DNA of 64,000 bases from Candidatus Latescibacterota bacterium (lineage in GTDB: Bacteria > Latescibacterota > UBA2968 > UBA8231): the NCBI GenBank assembly GCA_965217095.1, contig OZ244235.1:3673931-3737930 (forward strand), read 5' to 3'. Position numbers and translations under genes: made by a program. The notes under the pieces are model-generated. The model was not told the origin of the DNA. It worked only from the letters and a program-made list of their open reading frames with translations, and made no database searches. Below are positions 1 through 8,366 of this stretch, piece by piece (the stretch's first letter is position 1; each line of letters begins with the position of its first letter).

Positions 1-590
1 AGGTCACCGACCAGGTACTATCGGTGCGCAAGCTCCACATGCTGGCGGTGCACGACGAAGTGATGTGGCAACATGCAACCAACCCCAAAATCGTCGACAT
101 CATCGCCGATTTACTCGGCACCGACGACATCAAGCTCTATAACGATCAGCTCTTTATGAAAGCGCCCGAGACGGGCACTGCACAGGGTTGGCATCAAGAT
201 TCGGGGTCATGGAGGGATATCTTCCCGATGGATCTGGTCTCCGCCTGGACTGCTATCGACGACGCCACTCTGGAGAACGGTTGCCTCAATTTCGCAGTGG
301 GCACCCACCAATGGGGCATGCTCTCGAATCCGGCTCGAGGTGCGTTGGTCGACGAGCTGAATAGTGGGGATTGGCCGGTGGCACCGGCTCCCCTCAAACG
401 CGGAAGCGTCAGCTTCCATCATAGCCTGACCCTGCATCAGAGCGGTGCCAACACCTCATCCAAACGCCGGCGTGGGTACGCCACTCACTACATGCGTGCT
501 ACCTCCGTCAAGGACGAAGCCGTAACCGACGCTCCAAAGGTTCCTCCCTTCAAGCAGGTGAGAGGACGATCGTTCCCGGGACGCGTCTAA
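1..590 (+). CDS. phytanoyl-CoA dioxygenase (PhyH) family Fe(II)/2-oxoglutarate dioxygenase, 5' end outside window
   Basis: Frame is open from base 3 to TAA at 588-590. Translation carries PhyH-like blocks: GWHQDSGSW, AWTAIDDATLENGCLNFAVGTHQWG, SFHHSLTLHQSGAN. Confidence 0.85.
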   Translation, partial: VTDQVLSVRKLHMLAVHDEVMWQHATNPKIVDIIADLLGTDDIKLYNDQLFMKAPETGTAQGWHQDSGSWRDIFPMDLVSAWTAIDDATLENGCLNFAVGTHQWGMLSNPARGALVDELNSGDWPVAPAPLKRGSVSFHHSLTLHQSGANTSSKRRRGYATHYMRATSVKDEAVTDAPKVPPFKQVRGRSFPGRV

Positions 591-752
591 CCGAGTCGTT
601 AAGAATCGCTTGCCCCGGCGCCGTCCTTTTCGTACCGTGTGATCGAGTTGCCGAAATATCTTCTTTTTTAACAGCAACTTACGGTCCGTAAGAATTCGAC
701 CTTGCTCGATGCAAGCCGTTCGAGCGCACCGCGGCCACTTGAGGGATAGTCG

Positions 753-1200
753 ATGAATCACGCGCCCCGAATTTGCTGGATCTTCGGGCAGATTCTGATC
801 GCCCTGCTGGTTTTTGCCCAAACTTCTGGCGCTCAGAAAGAGCGCACTCAGGGTGCCCCCGAAACGACCCGGCCGCGTCTGCAACTGCGCTGGGAGCGCC
901 CTGCCTACCGCAGCTTCGCGCTCGATCCATACAGCAACTATCCGAATCACTCCGTCCCCTCGCGCGGTCTACGGACCGATGGGCAACTACCTGACCACGG
1001 GGTATGATCTCTATTCTTGGTCGGAGACGCGACAGCCTGGTCAGGGGTACGGCAGTGCCATCTTCAAGCCTGGCGCCCAGGGTACCCTCTGGAACAAGGT
1101 ATACGATGCAACGGTAGTTGGAAGGGATGGGTACGGTGAGTGGGGCTACAGCATGATCGTAGCCAGGGCCACAACGAAACCTGGTCCCGCCGGCGCATGA
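753..1200 (+). pseudogene. decayed N-terminal fragment of a paralog of the 973-aa surface protein encoded at 52842-55763
   Basis: Signal-peptide-like start MNHAPRICWIFGQILIALLVFAQTSGA. The block YRSFALDPYSNYPNH (frame of 753) continues in the frame of 814 as AVYGPMGNYLTTGYDLYSWSETRQPGQGYGSAI...WNKVYDATVVGRDGYGEWGYSMIV. This matches YENFALSHFQNYPNHHFPYIDTPRRFYGPMGTELITGYDLFQWRETRTPGQEYGSSI...WNKVYDATVIGRDGYGDWGYSLIV in the intact gene. The spacer between NH and YGPMG is 19 nt instead of 33 nt, and the ORF stops after ~130 aa. Confidence 0.75.
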
Positions 1201-1421
1201 TCGTCGACCTGGGCAAGGTCGGTGGAGCGTGAAGACCAACTACGCGAAGGGGTACGTGCGCGAGCATCCAGAGCTGCTGACCTCACCGCCCGTTCCGCAA
1301 CCGATGATCGAACAGGCCGAAGAAGGGGCGATGGAGCGCATTCGCCGCCGGAGTCACTGAAGTACCGACAAGGGCGCTCCGGCGCGCATACGTCGGAACG
1401 CACCGTAGAAAGAAGGTATTC

Positions 1422-2894
1422 GTGAAGTTCCTTTTCCTCGATGACTTCCACATCGAGCGCATCGACAACCTGGCACGCAAGATGCACCAGCTTAAGAAGT
1501 TTCCCGGCAACGCCGTGATCCGGCCGGAGTACCGCTGGGAGAACATGACCTGCCAGATCCGCAACACCCCGGTCTGGGATCCTGAGGAAGGTCTCTACAA
1601 AGTGATCTACGCCGGCAAGGCGGAGGTTCTCGAGCAGGAGCTGGAAGTCGACCAGACCGGCACCACGCCCATGACCATCGCAGTTTGTTACGCCACCTCC
1701 GAAGACGGCGTCAACTGGGAGAAGCCGTTCCTGGGCATCTACGACTATCCGGGGCTCAACTGGAACGGCACCCGCATCGGCACCGACAACAACATCATTC
1801 GCGATGGCGCCAGCCTGTTCACGGTGTACGACCCGAACGAAGACGATCCAAACCGTCGGTTCAAGGGAGTGATCTACCGCGACAAGGCGTTGCATCCAAT
1901 CGCCTCGCCCGATCATATCCACTGGGAGGAGTTGGGGTACCCGCCCTGTCCCACCGCCGATCAGTCCCATTTCACCTACGACGCCGACAACGGCGTGTTC
2001 ATCGCCACGGTAAAACACCGCGGCCCGTACGGGCGCTCCTGGTATATCACCACTAGCGACGACTTCCAGAACTGGAGCGAGCAGCTGCTGGTCTTTCACG
2101 CTGACCAGGTGGACCAGGAGAACGGCTTCGAGCGCTTGCAACGGTTCTTCGACGATGACGCCTACCTGACGCCGGTTTACAACCGCCCCGAGGAATGGCG
2201 CACCGACGTCTACAACCACCCGGTCTTTCCGTACGAGGGACTCTACATCGGCATGCCGGTGATGCATCACTGGTCCGGGAAACATCCGCCGCTCTACGAG
2301 AACGTGGACAGCCGCAAGTCGGTGGAGCTCACGGTTAGCCGCGACCTGATCAACTGGAAGCGGGTGGCGAACCGTGCGCCGTTTCAGGAGCAGTCGCCGG
2401 TGGAGGACGGCCGCAACTACGACACCGGGCAGATCCAGAACAGCAACGGACCGATCGTGCGCGGCGACAAGCTGTATTTCTATTACTCCGGCCTGCGGGC
2501 GCGGTCCGACACCATTGCCGATTCCATGAACCGGGGCGGCCTCGACGGGGGCGCCATCTGCGTGGCCCGTCTGCGTCTCGATGGTTTCGTTTCGCTCAAG
2601 GGGGGAATCGAGCTCGGAAGCGTGACGACCAAGCCGCTCGAGATCGACGGCCGCGAGTTGCGCGCCAACATCGACGCCTGGCGCGGTCAGGTGCGAGCCG
2701 AGATTGTCGACCCGGAAGAAGAGAAGCCGCTTCCGGGGTTCAGCCTCGACGACAGCATCCCGGCGTCAACGGATGATATCGACGTTGCTCTAGGCTGGAA
2801 AGAGCATGCCGATCTGTCGTCGCTTCAAGGTCGTTCCGTGCGTCTCCGCTTCACGCTCATTCGCGGCGAGATCTACGCGTTCTGGTTCGCCTAA
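1422..2894 (+). CDS. uncharacterised putative beta-propeller (glycoside-hydrolase-like) protein, subfamily I of a family expanded in this window
   Basis: 490-aa ORF with a GTG start. Aligns end to end with 27325-28779. Repeated S.DG..W-type blade motifs (SEDGVNWEKP, SDDFQNWSEQ, SRDLINWKRV). C-terminal tail VRLRFTLIRGEIYAFWFA. No signal peptide visible. Confidence 0.85.
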   Translation: MKFLFLDDFHIERIDNLARKMHQLKKFPGNAVIRPEYRWENMTCQIRNTPVWDPEEGLYKVIYAGKAEVLEQELEVDQTGTTPMTIAVCYATSEDGVNWEKPFLGIYDYPGLNWNGTRIGTDNNIIRDGASLFTVYDPNEDDPNRRFKGVIYRDKALHPIASPDHIHWEELGYPPCPTADQSHFTYDADNGVFIATVKHRGPYGRSWYITTSDDFQNWSEQLLVFHADQVDQENGFERLQRFFDDDAYLTPVYNRPEEWRTDVYNHPVFPYEGLYIGMPVMHHWSGKHPPLYENVDSRKSVELTVSRDLINWKRVANRAPFQEQSPVEDGRNYDTGQIQNSNGPIVRGDKLYFYYSGLRARSDTIADSMNRGGLDGGAICVARLRLDGFVSLKGGIELGSVTTKPLEIDGRELRANIDAWRGQVRAEIVDPEEEKPLPGFSLDDSIPASTDDIDVALGWKEHADLSSLQGRSVRLRFTLIRGEIYAFWFA

Positions 2895-3009
2895 CGCCGT
2901 AGGCACAGGCACGTAATGATCGCGCCAAGTCGCCCGGCCAGCTGCATTCGACAGTACTGCGCTTGATGACGGCGAGGCCCAGGAACGACATCGAATCCAG
3001 TAAGCGCGA

Positions 3010-3040
3010 CCAGCCCGCGATCACCCTACGCGGCTGGTTT
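3010..3040 (+). terminator. possible intrinsic terminator hairpin between convergent genes
   Basis: CCAGCC(C)GCG ... CGCGGCTGG forms a 9-bp GC-rich stem with one bulge and a 9-nt loop. It is followed only by TTT, so the U-tract is weak. Confidence 0.25.
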
Positions 3041-3080
3041 CCGATGGCGGGGCATCACGCGCACGGTTGGCGATGCGAGG

Positions 3081-3977
3081 TCAGCTGGCCGGAAAGCGCA
3101 GGAAGGTCTGCGCGGTATTCCCCATGATGTCCGAGTGCTCTTCATCGCTCAGCTCGGGGAGCAATTCAGGGATGATCGTGGTCAAGGGTCCATAGCCAGG
3201 GTCCTCCTGGATCCAGGGAAAATCGGTCGCCCACATCAGGCGCTTCGAGCCATAGCTGCCCAGCAACCGGTCGTGCCAACGAGTTAGATCCCGGTATGGA
3301 AAATCCTCCTTGCTGAACGCGTACTGACCAGAGAGTTTGACCGCCACATTCTCGTACTTGGAGAATCGATAGGTCGTGTGAAACGCCGGATTGTAGTTCG
3401 GAGTCTCGATACGCGGCCGCCCCTTCTCGTCGCGGGAAGCCTGCCCTTCTCCAGGACATACTCCTAGATGATTGAGAACCACTCGCACCTTCGGGAACGC
3501 TTCCAGGAGATGAGGGACCAGGTGTACCTGGGTCGCCGGCGGATATAGCCAGATGACGAAGTCGTTGGCCGCCGCATGTTTCCAGATGCGATAGGTCTCC
3601 AACTCCTCTACAACCACGGGGCCGAACGGGTCCGTTGGGCCGCCGACAGCAAACAGCCGGAAACCGATCAGTCCTGGCGTTTCCGCCAGCCGGTCCATCA
3701 GTGCTTCAGGTTCCGATGAGGTCGGAGCGATGGCGGCGATGCCCCGAAAGCGCTGAGTGTGATTCTCTAGACAGTGGACCAGATAGGCGTGGTGCTCGAA
3801 CTCGTTGCCACCGATCTGCACCAGCACCGCGCCGTCGATCTTATGGGAGTCCATGGCGGTGAGCAGTTTTTCCGCCGTTTCTTCCCGATCGCCGGGGCAG
3901 TAGCGGTCGGTGATGCGGGGGAACCGGCTCGACTCGCGAGCGAAGACGTGAACGTGAGCGTCGATGCGCGCCATCAA
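3081..3977 (-). CDS. amidohydrolase-2 family metal-dependent hydrolase (lactonase/decarboxylase-type TIM barrel)
   Basis: N-terminus MMARIDAHVHVF has the HxH metal motif. Length is 298 aa. C-terminal block LMWATDFPW. The start overlaps the upstream stop by 4 nt (ATGA). Confidence 0.85.
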   Translation of the reverse strand: MMARIDAHVHVFARESSRFPRITDRYCPGDREETAEKLLTAMDSHKIDGAVLVQIGGNEFEHHAYLVHCLENHTQRFRGIAAIAPTSSEPEALMDRLAETPGLIGFRLFAVGGPTDPFGPVVVEELETYRIWKHAAANDFVIWLYPPATQVHLVPHLLEAFPKVRVVLNHLGVCPGEGQASRDEKGRPRIETPNYNPAFHTTYRFSKYENVAVKLSGQYAFSKEDFPYRDLTRWHDRLLGSYGSKRLMWATDFPWIQEDPGYGPLTTIIPELLPELSDEEHSDIMGNTAQTFLRFPAS

Positions 3978-4693
3978 GCTTGCAGACAGAGAAACCGGCG
4001 CCGCTCCTCATGGGTACAGCGCTCCTCCAGAAACTTGAACGGACTCCGCTCGACGAGGTCATTTTCGGTCCGCTTGTGGTAGGTGATGATGATCGACTTC
4101 CTCGGGATCTCGCCGTCGTTGTCCAGAGCGGTATGCCAACCATAACAGTTGAACATGATCGCCATTCCCGCTGGGCCCGAAAACCGAGCGAGACCGGGCA
4201 TCTCCTCCTGCCGGCGGGGATGTGCGGACGGTGCGTAGTCCGGCTTGTGGCTTCCGGAGATGTAGGCGAATTCTCCACCTCCATGGGCCATGTCGCTCAG
4301 GTATATCTGAGTTTTTATGTGCAACGGCCGACTGTGAGGGGTATCGGCATGCCAGCTGGTATAGCTCAGCGGCGAGGGAGAAACGATGCGTGGCCCGACG
4401 TCCTGTAGGATAGGCTCGCCGTCGCAGAACGCTTTGAGACAACCGTAGTAGCTGGAATGATCGGCGATCTCCAGAAAAGCATCGTCTTTCTTCAACGAAT
4501 TTGGAAAATCATAGAACGAAGGAGCTGTTTCACCGGCGGCGACGCGAGCGAGCCAATCTGGCTTGCACTCCTCCGACCAGTGGTCGAAAGCATTCTGGAG
4601 CCTCTGCAGTAGTTCACCGGAAATTGCGTTCTCGAATACCAGATAACCATCCTCATCCCATTGTTTCCGCTGGGCTGCCGTCGGCTGTTTCAT
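3974..4693 (-). CDS. PhyH family dioxygenase
   Basis: N-terminus QRKQWDEDGYLVFENAISGELLQRL, then WHADTPH and a later YISGSHK block. 4-nt overlaps with both neighbours. Confidence 0.85.
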   Translation of the reverse strand: MKQPTAAQRKQWDEDGYLVFENAISGELLQRLQNAFDHWSEECKPDWLARVAAGETAPSFYDFPNSLKKDDAFLEIADHSSYYGCLKAFCDGEPILQDVGPRIVSPSPLSYTSWHADTPHSRPLHIKTQIYLSDMAHGGGEFAYISGSHKPDYAPSAHPRRQEEMPGLARFSGPAGMAIMFNCYGWHTALDNDGEIPRKSIIITYHKRTENDLVERSPFKFLEERCTHEERRRFLCLQA

Positions 4694-5517
4694 GTCGATC
4701 TCCAGTTTTCGTCGGTGCCAGGGAGATTTGCCCGAATCAGTTCTCCCGCGCCCTTCTCGCTACCGGCGTAGCGGCGTTGTGTAGCACCTGGATAGGCGTA
4801 GCCGTTGATCAGGATGCGTCGTGGTTGTTGCGACGTGTTTGGGTTGCTGCCGTGGATGGCGAAGGGATGCCATAGCAGCAGATCGCCCCGGTTAGGTAGC
4901 GGAGTAACCTGTCTCGACTCATCCACCTGGTCGGCCGACAGGCGCCCCGATTCGCTGTGTGGCAGGTGGCCTTTTCCAATGTTGGAAATGAAAGCGAGGG
5001 GACCCGACTCGGAACTCACCGGATCGACCGCAAGGCCGGTCTGCACGAAGCTGCCACGCCCATTGACATCGGTAAATAACCCTTTGTGGAAACCCCGATT
5101 TACACTGTCCTGGTGCCATCCGAACGCTACCTTCGTACCCGGCATCTTCAGGTGAGCCTGGTTGATGAGGTGGTTCATCTCAGCAGAATCGAGCAGCTGC
5201 GAAGCCGCACGTAACAATCGGGGGTGGCGGCCGTAATGCAACAGCACCGGAACGGCGCCGCCACACCACGCAACCTTGCGGATTTCGATCTCCTTCGCGT
5301 TCGCCATGCGCAGGTCGAAGTAAGAGCCGTCGTATTCGACGATGCCCTTGTCCGGATCGAACTCGGGAGATGCGGCGATTTCTTCGGCGATCTGCAGCAG
5401 ACGATCGAAGCCGGCCGAAATCTCAGCCATCTCACATTCATCGAAGAACCTCTCGATCGTCGTAAAGCCGATGTCGAAGAATTCATCGATCTGTCGCTTG
5501 TTCAGCGCACTGTCCAC
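4690..5517 (-). CDS. PhyH family dioxygenase
   Basis: IDEFFDIGFTTIERFFDECEMAEI, GWHQDS, GPLAFISNIGKGHLPH, LLLWHPFAIHGSNPN. Confidence 0.85.
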   Translation of the reverse strand: MDSALNKRQIDEFFDIGFTTIERFFDECEMAEISAGFDRLLQIAEEIAASPEFDPDKGIVEYDGSYFDLRMANAKEIEIRKVAWCGGAVPVLLHYGRHPRLLRAASQLLDSAEMNHLINQAHLKMPGTKVAFGWHQDSVNRGFHKGLFTDVNGRGSFVQTGLAVDPVSSESGPLAFISNIGKGHLPHSESGRLSADQVDESRQVTPLPNRGDLLLWHPFAIHGSNPNTSQQPRRILINGYAYPGATQRRYAGSEKGAGELIRANLPGTDENWRST

Positions 5518-5567
5518 GAGACCCGCCGTCGGAATTTCATTAGGTTAAGAGAGTATCAATAAGCCGG

Positions 5568-6632
5568 GTGGACTTCAACCGACGAGATTGCGACGTGTCT
5601 TCATTGTTGACGGGCGTGTCTCACCTACACGTGGATATGGCGAATCTACTCAGGGATGGTGAGCTGGAATCCCTCGTCCAGTTCGACATCGATTCGTTTT
5701 CCTCCATAAACAAGGATCGCGGCGTCGCGGTAGGCGACAGGGTATTGGAGATCCTCGAGAACCTCCTGAGTGCCGAGCTCAAATCGGCGTACAGGACGGG
5801 AGGAGATCAGTATGCTCTCCTTCAGGTTAACCGACAAAATACCTGGGACCTGTGCAACGAATTTCGTCTGCAGTGTGAACGAACTCTCGGTTTCGAGGTT
5901 ACCGTGTCGGGAGGTGGTGTCGTCATCGATCCCGACTGCGTTCTGTCAACAGCGCAATCGGTCTACCTCCTCAGCGGCGCTGTCGCTGAGGTTCAGGCCA
6001 CAGCCAAACACAGCGGCCGCAACTCCATTCTATGGCTGGAGGCCACTGATGCCGATCCAGAACCAGCGATTTCCGAGACCGCGCGCAAGCTCTTTCTCAA
6101 TCTGGCGAAAATCAACGCCGCGGCGGCTCGAGAGATGGAAGTGGAATCCAGAATCGACGTACTGACTGGACTCTACAACCGGCGCGGGTTCGAAGACATT
6201 TTCGGGCGCGAAGTGGAGGTGTCTTCGCGAACCAACAATCCTCTGGCACTCATTTATTTGGATTCCGATTCTCTCAAGCAGATCAACGACCTGGATGGGC
6301 ACGAGGCGGGGGATCGATTTATCGTGGACATGTCAACGGTCCTCCGATCTGTCGTGCGCCGGTCCGACTTTGTTTTCAGGTGGGGGGCCGACGAATTCGC
6401 CGTAGTCCTGGAACCGACGGAAGTCGATACGGCCGCTGTTTTGGCCGAACGTATCCGTGCTGAAGTTGCAGCTAAAACCAAAGGCACCGTATCAGTGGGA
6501 ATCTACCATGGTATCCCTAAAAGCACGGAGGATGCGGTGCGCTTGGCAGACGAGGCAATGTACGCGGCCAAGAGAGCGGGCAAGAACAACGTTCGATCGA
6601 TCGCAGATGACAGCGAGTCGGACGGACCTTGA
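5568..6632 (+). CDS. tandem GGDEF-domain protein (degenerate N-terminal copy GGDQY; C-terminal copy GADEF with an RxxD I-site)
   Basis: GTG start. N-terminal half: FDIDSFSSINKDRGVAVGDRVL...YRTGGDQYALL. C-terminal half: LTGLYNRRGFED...YLDSDSLKQINDLDGHEAGDRFI...RRSDFVFRWGADEFAVVL...AMYAAKRAGKNNV. Confidence 0.85.
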   Translation: MDFNRRDCDVSSLLTGVSHLHVDMANLLRDGELESLVQFDIDSFSSINKDRGVAVGDRVLEILENLLSAELKSAYRTGGDQYALLQVNRQNTWDLCNEFRLQCERTLGFEVTVSGGGVVIDPDCVLSTAQSVYLLSGAVAEVQATAKHSGRNSILWLEATDADPEPAISETARKLFLNLAKINAAAAREMEVESRIDVLTGLYNRRGFEDIFGREVEVSSRTNNPLALIYLDSDSLKQINDLDGHEAGDRFIVDMSTVLRSVVRRSDFVFRWGADEFAVVLEPTEVDTAAVLAERIRAEVAAKTKGTVSVGIYHGIPKSTEDAVRLADEAMYAAKRAGKNNVRSIADDSESDGP

Positions 6633-6651
6633 CCGAGACGTTTCAGAAAAA

Positions 6652-7686
6652 ATGACAAGGATCGATCGCGATCATTTCGGCGATGCCGAAGCCGGTCCAG
6701 TCGAGCGTTTCACGCTTGAGAACACCCTCGGCTCAAGGGTTCGGATCATTGCCCTCGGTGCGACCATCACCGAGCTCCATGTGGCGGATCGCAACGGCAT
6801 ACTCGCCGATGTTATTCTGGGTTTTGATTCTGTCCAGGAATACGAGAAAAACGAACCATACATGGGTTGTACCGTGGGGAGGGTCGCAAACCGGATCGCC
6901 AATGCCTGTTTCACCCTCGACGGCACGCAGTATCAGCTAGCTCGCAATCTCGATCCCCACCACCTTCACGGGGGCGAGGTCGGATTTCATCAACGGATCT
7001 GGGAGGCCGAGATACTGGAGACGGGGCCGGCGGTCAGGTTCGCCTACGTTAGCCCGGACGGGGAGGAAAATTACCCGGGCAGACTGAACGTCCAGGTCGT
7101 CTACTCGCTAACGAATGCAAACGGACTGCGAATCGACTACGAAGCGAGCACCGACACGGCGACGCCCGTTAACCTCACCAATCACTCTTACTTCAACCTG
7201 GCCGGATCCGGAGCCGGGACCATCCTCGATCACGAAATCACCGTTTACTCAGACTACGTCACCGAGCGCGATCCAGATGGCGTACCTACCGGTCAGATCC
7301 TCGGGGTTGAAGGAACGCCCTTGGATTTCCGGTCACCCAGGCGGATGGGCGCAAGGATTGCCGAGCTCGAATGCGGTTACGACCACAACTACGTCTTCTC
7401 AAGCCGCAGTCGAGAGAGTCCCGTGTTGGTTGCGGAAGCGTTCGATCCTGCCAGCGGGCGCCAAATGGAGGTGTGGACGACGGAACCCGGAATGCAGCTG
7501 TATTCCGGAACCTTTTTGAACGGCTACGAAGGCAAATCGGGTACGGTGTACGATCAATTCAGCGGGTTCTGTTGCGAGACCCAGAATTTTCCGGACGCGG
7601 TTAACAAACCTCATTTTCCGAAGGTGATCCTGCGTTCCGGACAGACCTACCGGCAGACTACAGAGTACCGCTTCAAAACGGCATAG
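6652..7686 (+). CDS. galM: aldose 1-epimerase (galactose mutarotase)
   Basis: Blocks GFDSVQEYEKNEPYMGCTVGRVANRIANACFTLDGTQYQLARN...HHLHGG...NLTNHSYFNL. The ATG at 6652 gives a typical ~344 aa. The longer 6457 start overlaps the GGDEF gene and adds Arg-rich junk. Confidence 0.9.
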   Translation: MTRIDRDHFGDAEAGPVERFTLENTLGSRVRIIALGATITELHVADRNGILADVILGFDSVQEYEKNEPYMGCTVGRVANRIANACFTLDGTQYQLARNLDPHHLHGGEVGFHQRIWEAEILETGPAVRFAYVSPDGEENYPGRLNVQVVYSLTNANGLRIDYEASTDTATPVNLTNHSYFNLAGSGAGTILDHEITVYSDYVTERDPDGVPTGQILGVEGTPLDFRSPRRMGARIAELECGYDHNYVFSSRSRESPVLVAEAFDPASGRQMEVWTTEPGMQLYSGTFLNGYEGKSGTVYDQFSGFCCETQNFPDAVNKPHFPKVILRSGQTYRQTTEYRFKTA

Positions 7687-7718
7687 ATGGATGGTATCGC
7701 CCGAGGTCGTGGGTCATC

Positions 7719-8366
7719 TCAGTCTCCCGCTGATCCAGCCTCAATTCGGAGGCCGTACTCAGTGGACGAATGCTGGATCCAATGGAACAGATAATCTGCG
7801 AAGCTGCGGCGCACGACCAGCTGGAAGCTTTGGACGTCGACATCATTGACCGCCGGAATCAACAACACACCCGTCTTGCCGACGTTGGTCTGGGCGCATT
7901 GTCCGGCGCCGAAGCTCCGCGGATGTAGGTCGAGGGTCGATCCCTTGGCCAGCAGATCGCGTACCCGAGGGCCGCTTAGCTGGATCGTTGTGTACCCGCC
8001 AGTCAGATCGGTAACGGCTACATGCCGGTCAGCCGTCGCCTGTATCAGTGCCGTCATTAGTCCGGTCTGCCGATCAGGCGGCGTGATCACCATCCATTCG
8101 TCCGGTCCCAACCAACACGCGGTCACGCCCGCTTGGGTCGGCTGCGCGGCCGCTGCGACGGTGTTGGGTTCTTCCGGCAGACCGAAACCAAGTACGTCGC
8201 TCGCGGCGTTCAAGAAGGTACGGTCACCGGGATCACCTCGAAGATTCAGGTAACCTGCGAAAGCACTCTCGACCAGCACACTTGCCTCTCTGGCACTTGC
8301 GCCGGGACCTGAGTTTGTGGCCAGAGCGGCAGCCAACGGGCTTTCCTGTGCCACTGGTTCAGACAT
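7719..8366 (-). CDS. soxG: sarcosine oxidase gamma subunit
   Basis: Lies immediately downstream of soxA. The ATG at 8366 overlaps the soxA stop (AATGTCTGA). Size and position fit SoxG. The sequence itself is weakly diagnostic. Confidence 0.8.
   Translation of the reverse strand: MSEPVAQESPLAAALATNSGPGASAREASVLVESAFAGYLNLRGDPGDRTFLNAASDVLGFGLPEEPNTVAAAAQPTQAGVTACWLGPDEWMVITPPDRQTGLMTALIQATADRHVAVTDLTGGYTTIQLSGPRVRDLLAKGSTLDLHPRSFGAGQCAQTNVGKTGVLLIPAVNDVDVQSFQLVVRRSFADYLFHWIQHSSTEYGLRIEAGSAGD

Noticed and set aside
678-692. Perfect 7+7 palindrome CTTACGG-T-CCGTAAG about 60 nt upstream of the decayed surface-protein gene, a possible operator.
   Set aside because: It is a single occurrence in the window, with no cognate regulator nearby, and the downstream gene is a pseudogene. 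It cannot be supported as a regulatory site.
1229-1357. 43-codon ORF (VKTNYAKGYVREHPELLTSPPVPQPMIEQAEEGAMERIRRRSH*) between the surface-protein fragment and the first propeller gene, as yet another relic.
   Set aside because: I could not match it to any family or to other sequence in the window, so the evidence is insufficient.
6457-6651. Longer N-terminal extensions offered by the ORF track: galM from 6457, soxB from 13102, the AAC(3)-like gene from 26041, the TIM-barrel gene from 24716, and the PNPOx-like gene from 50743.
   Set aside because: The extensions overlap neighbouring genes or divergent promoters and are compositionally junk. Internal starts with Shine-Dalgarno-like sequences give family-typical lengths.
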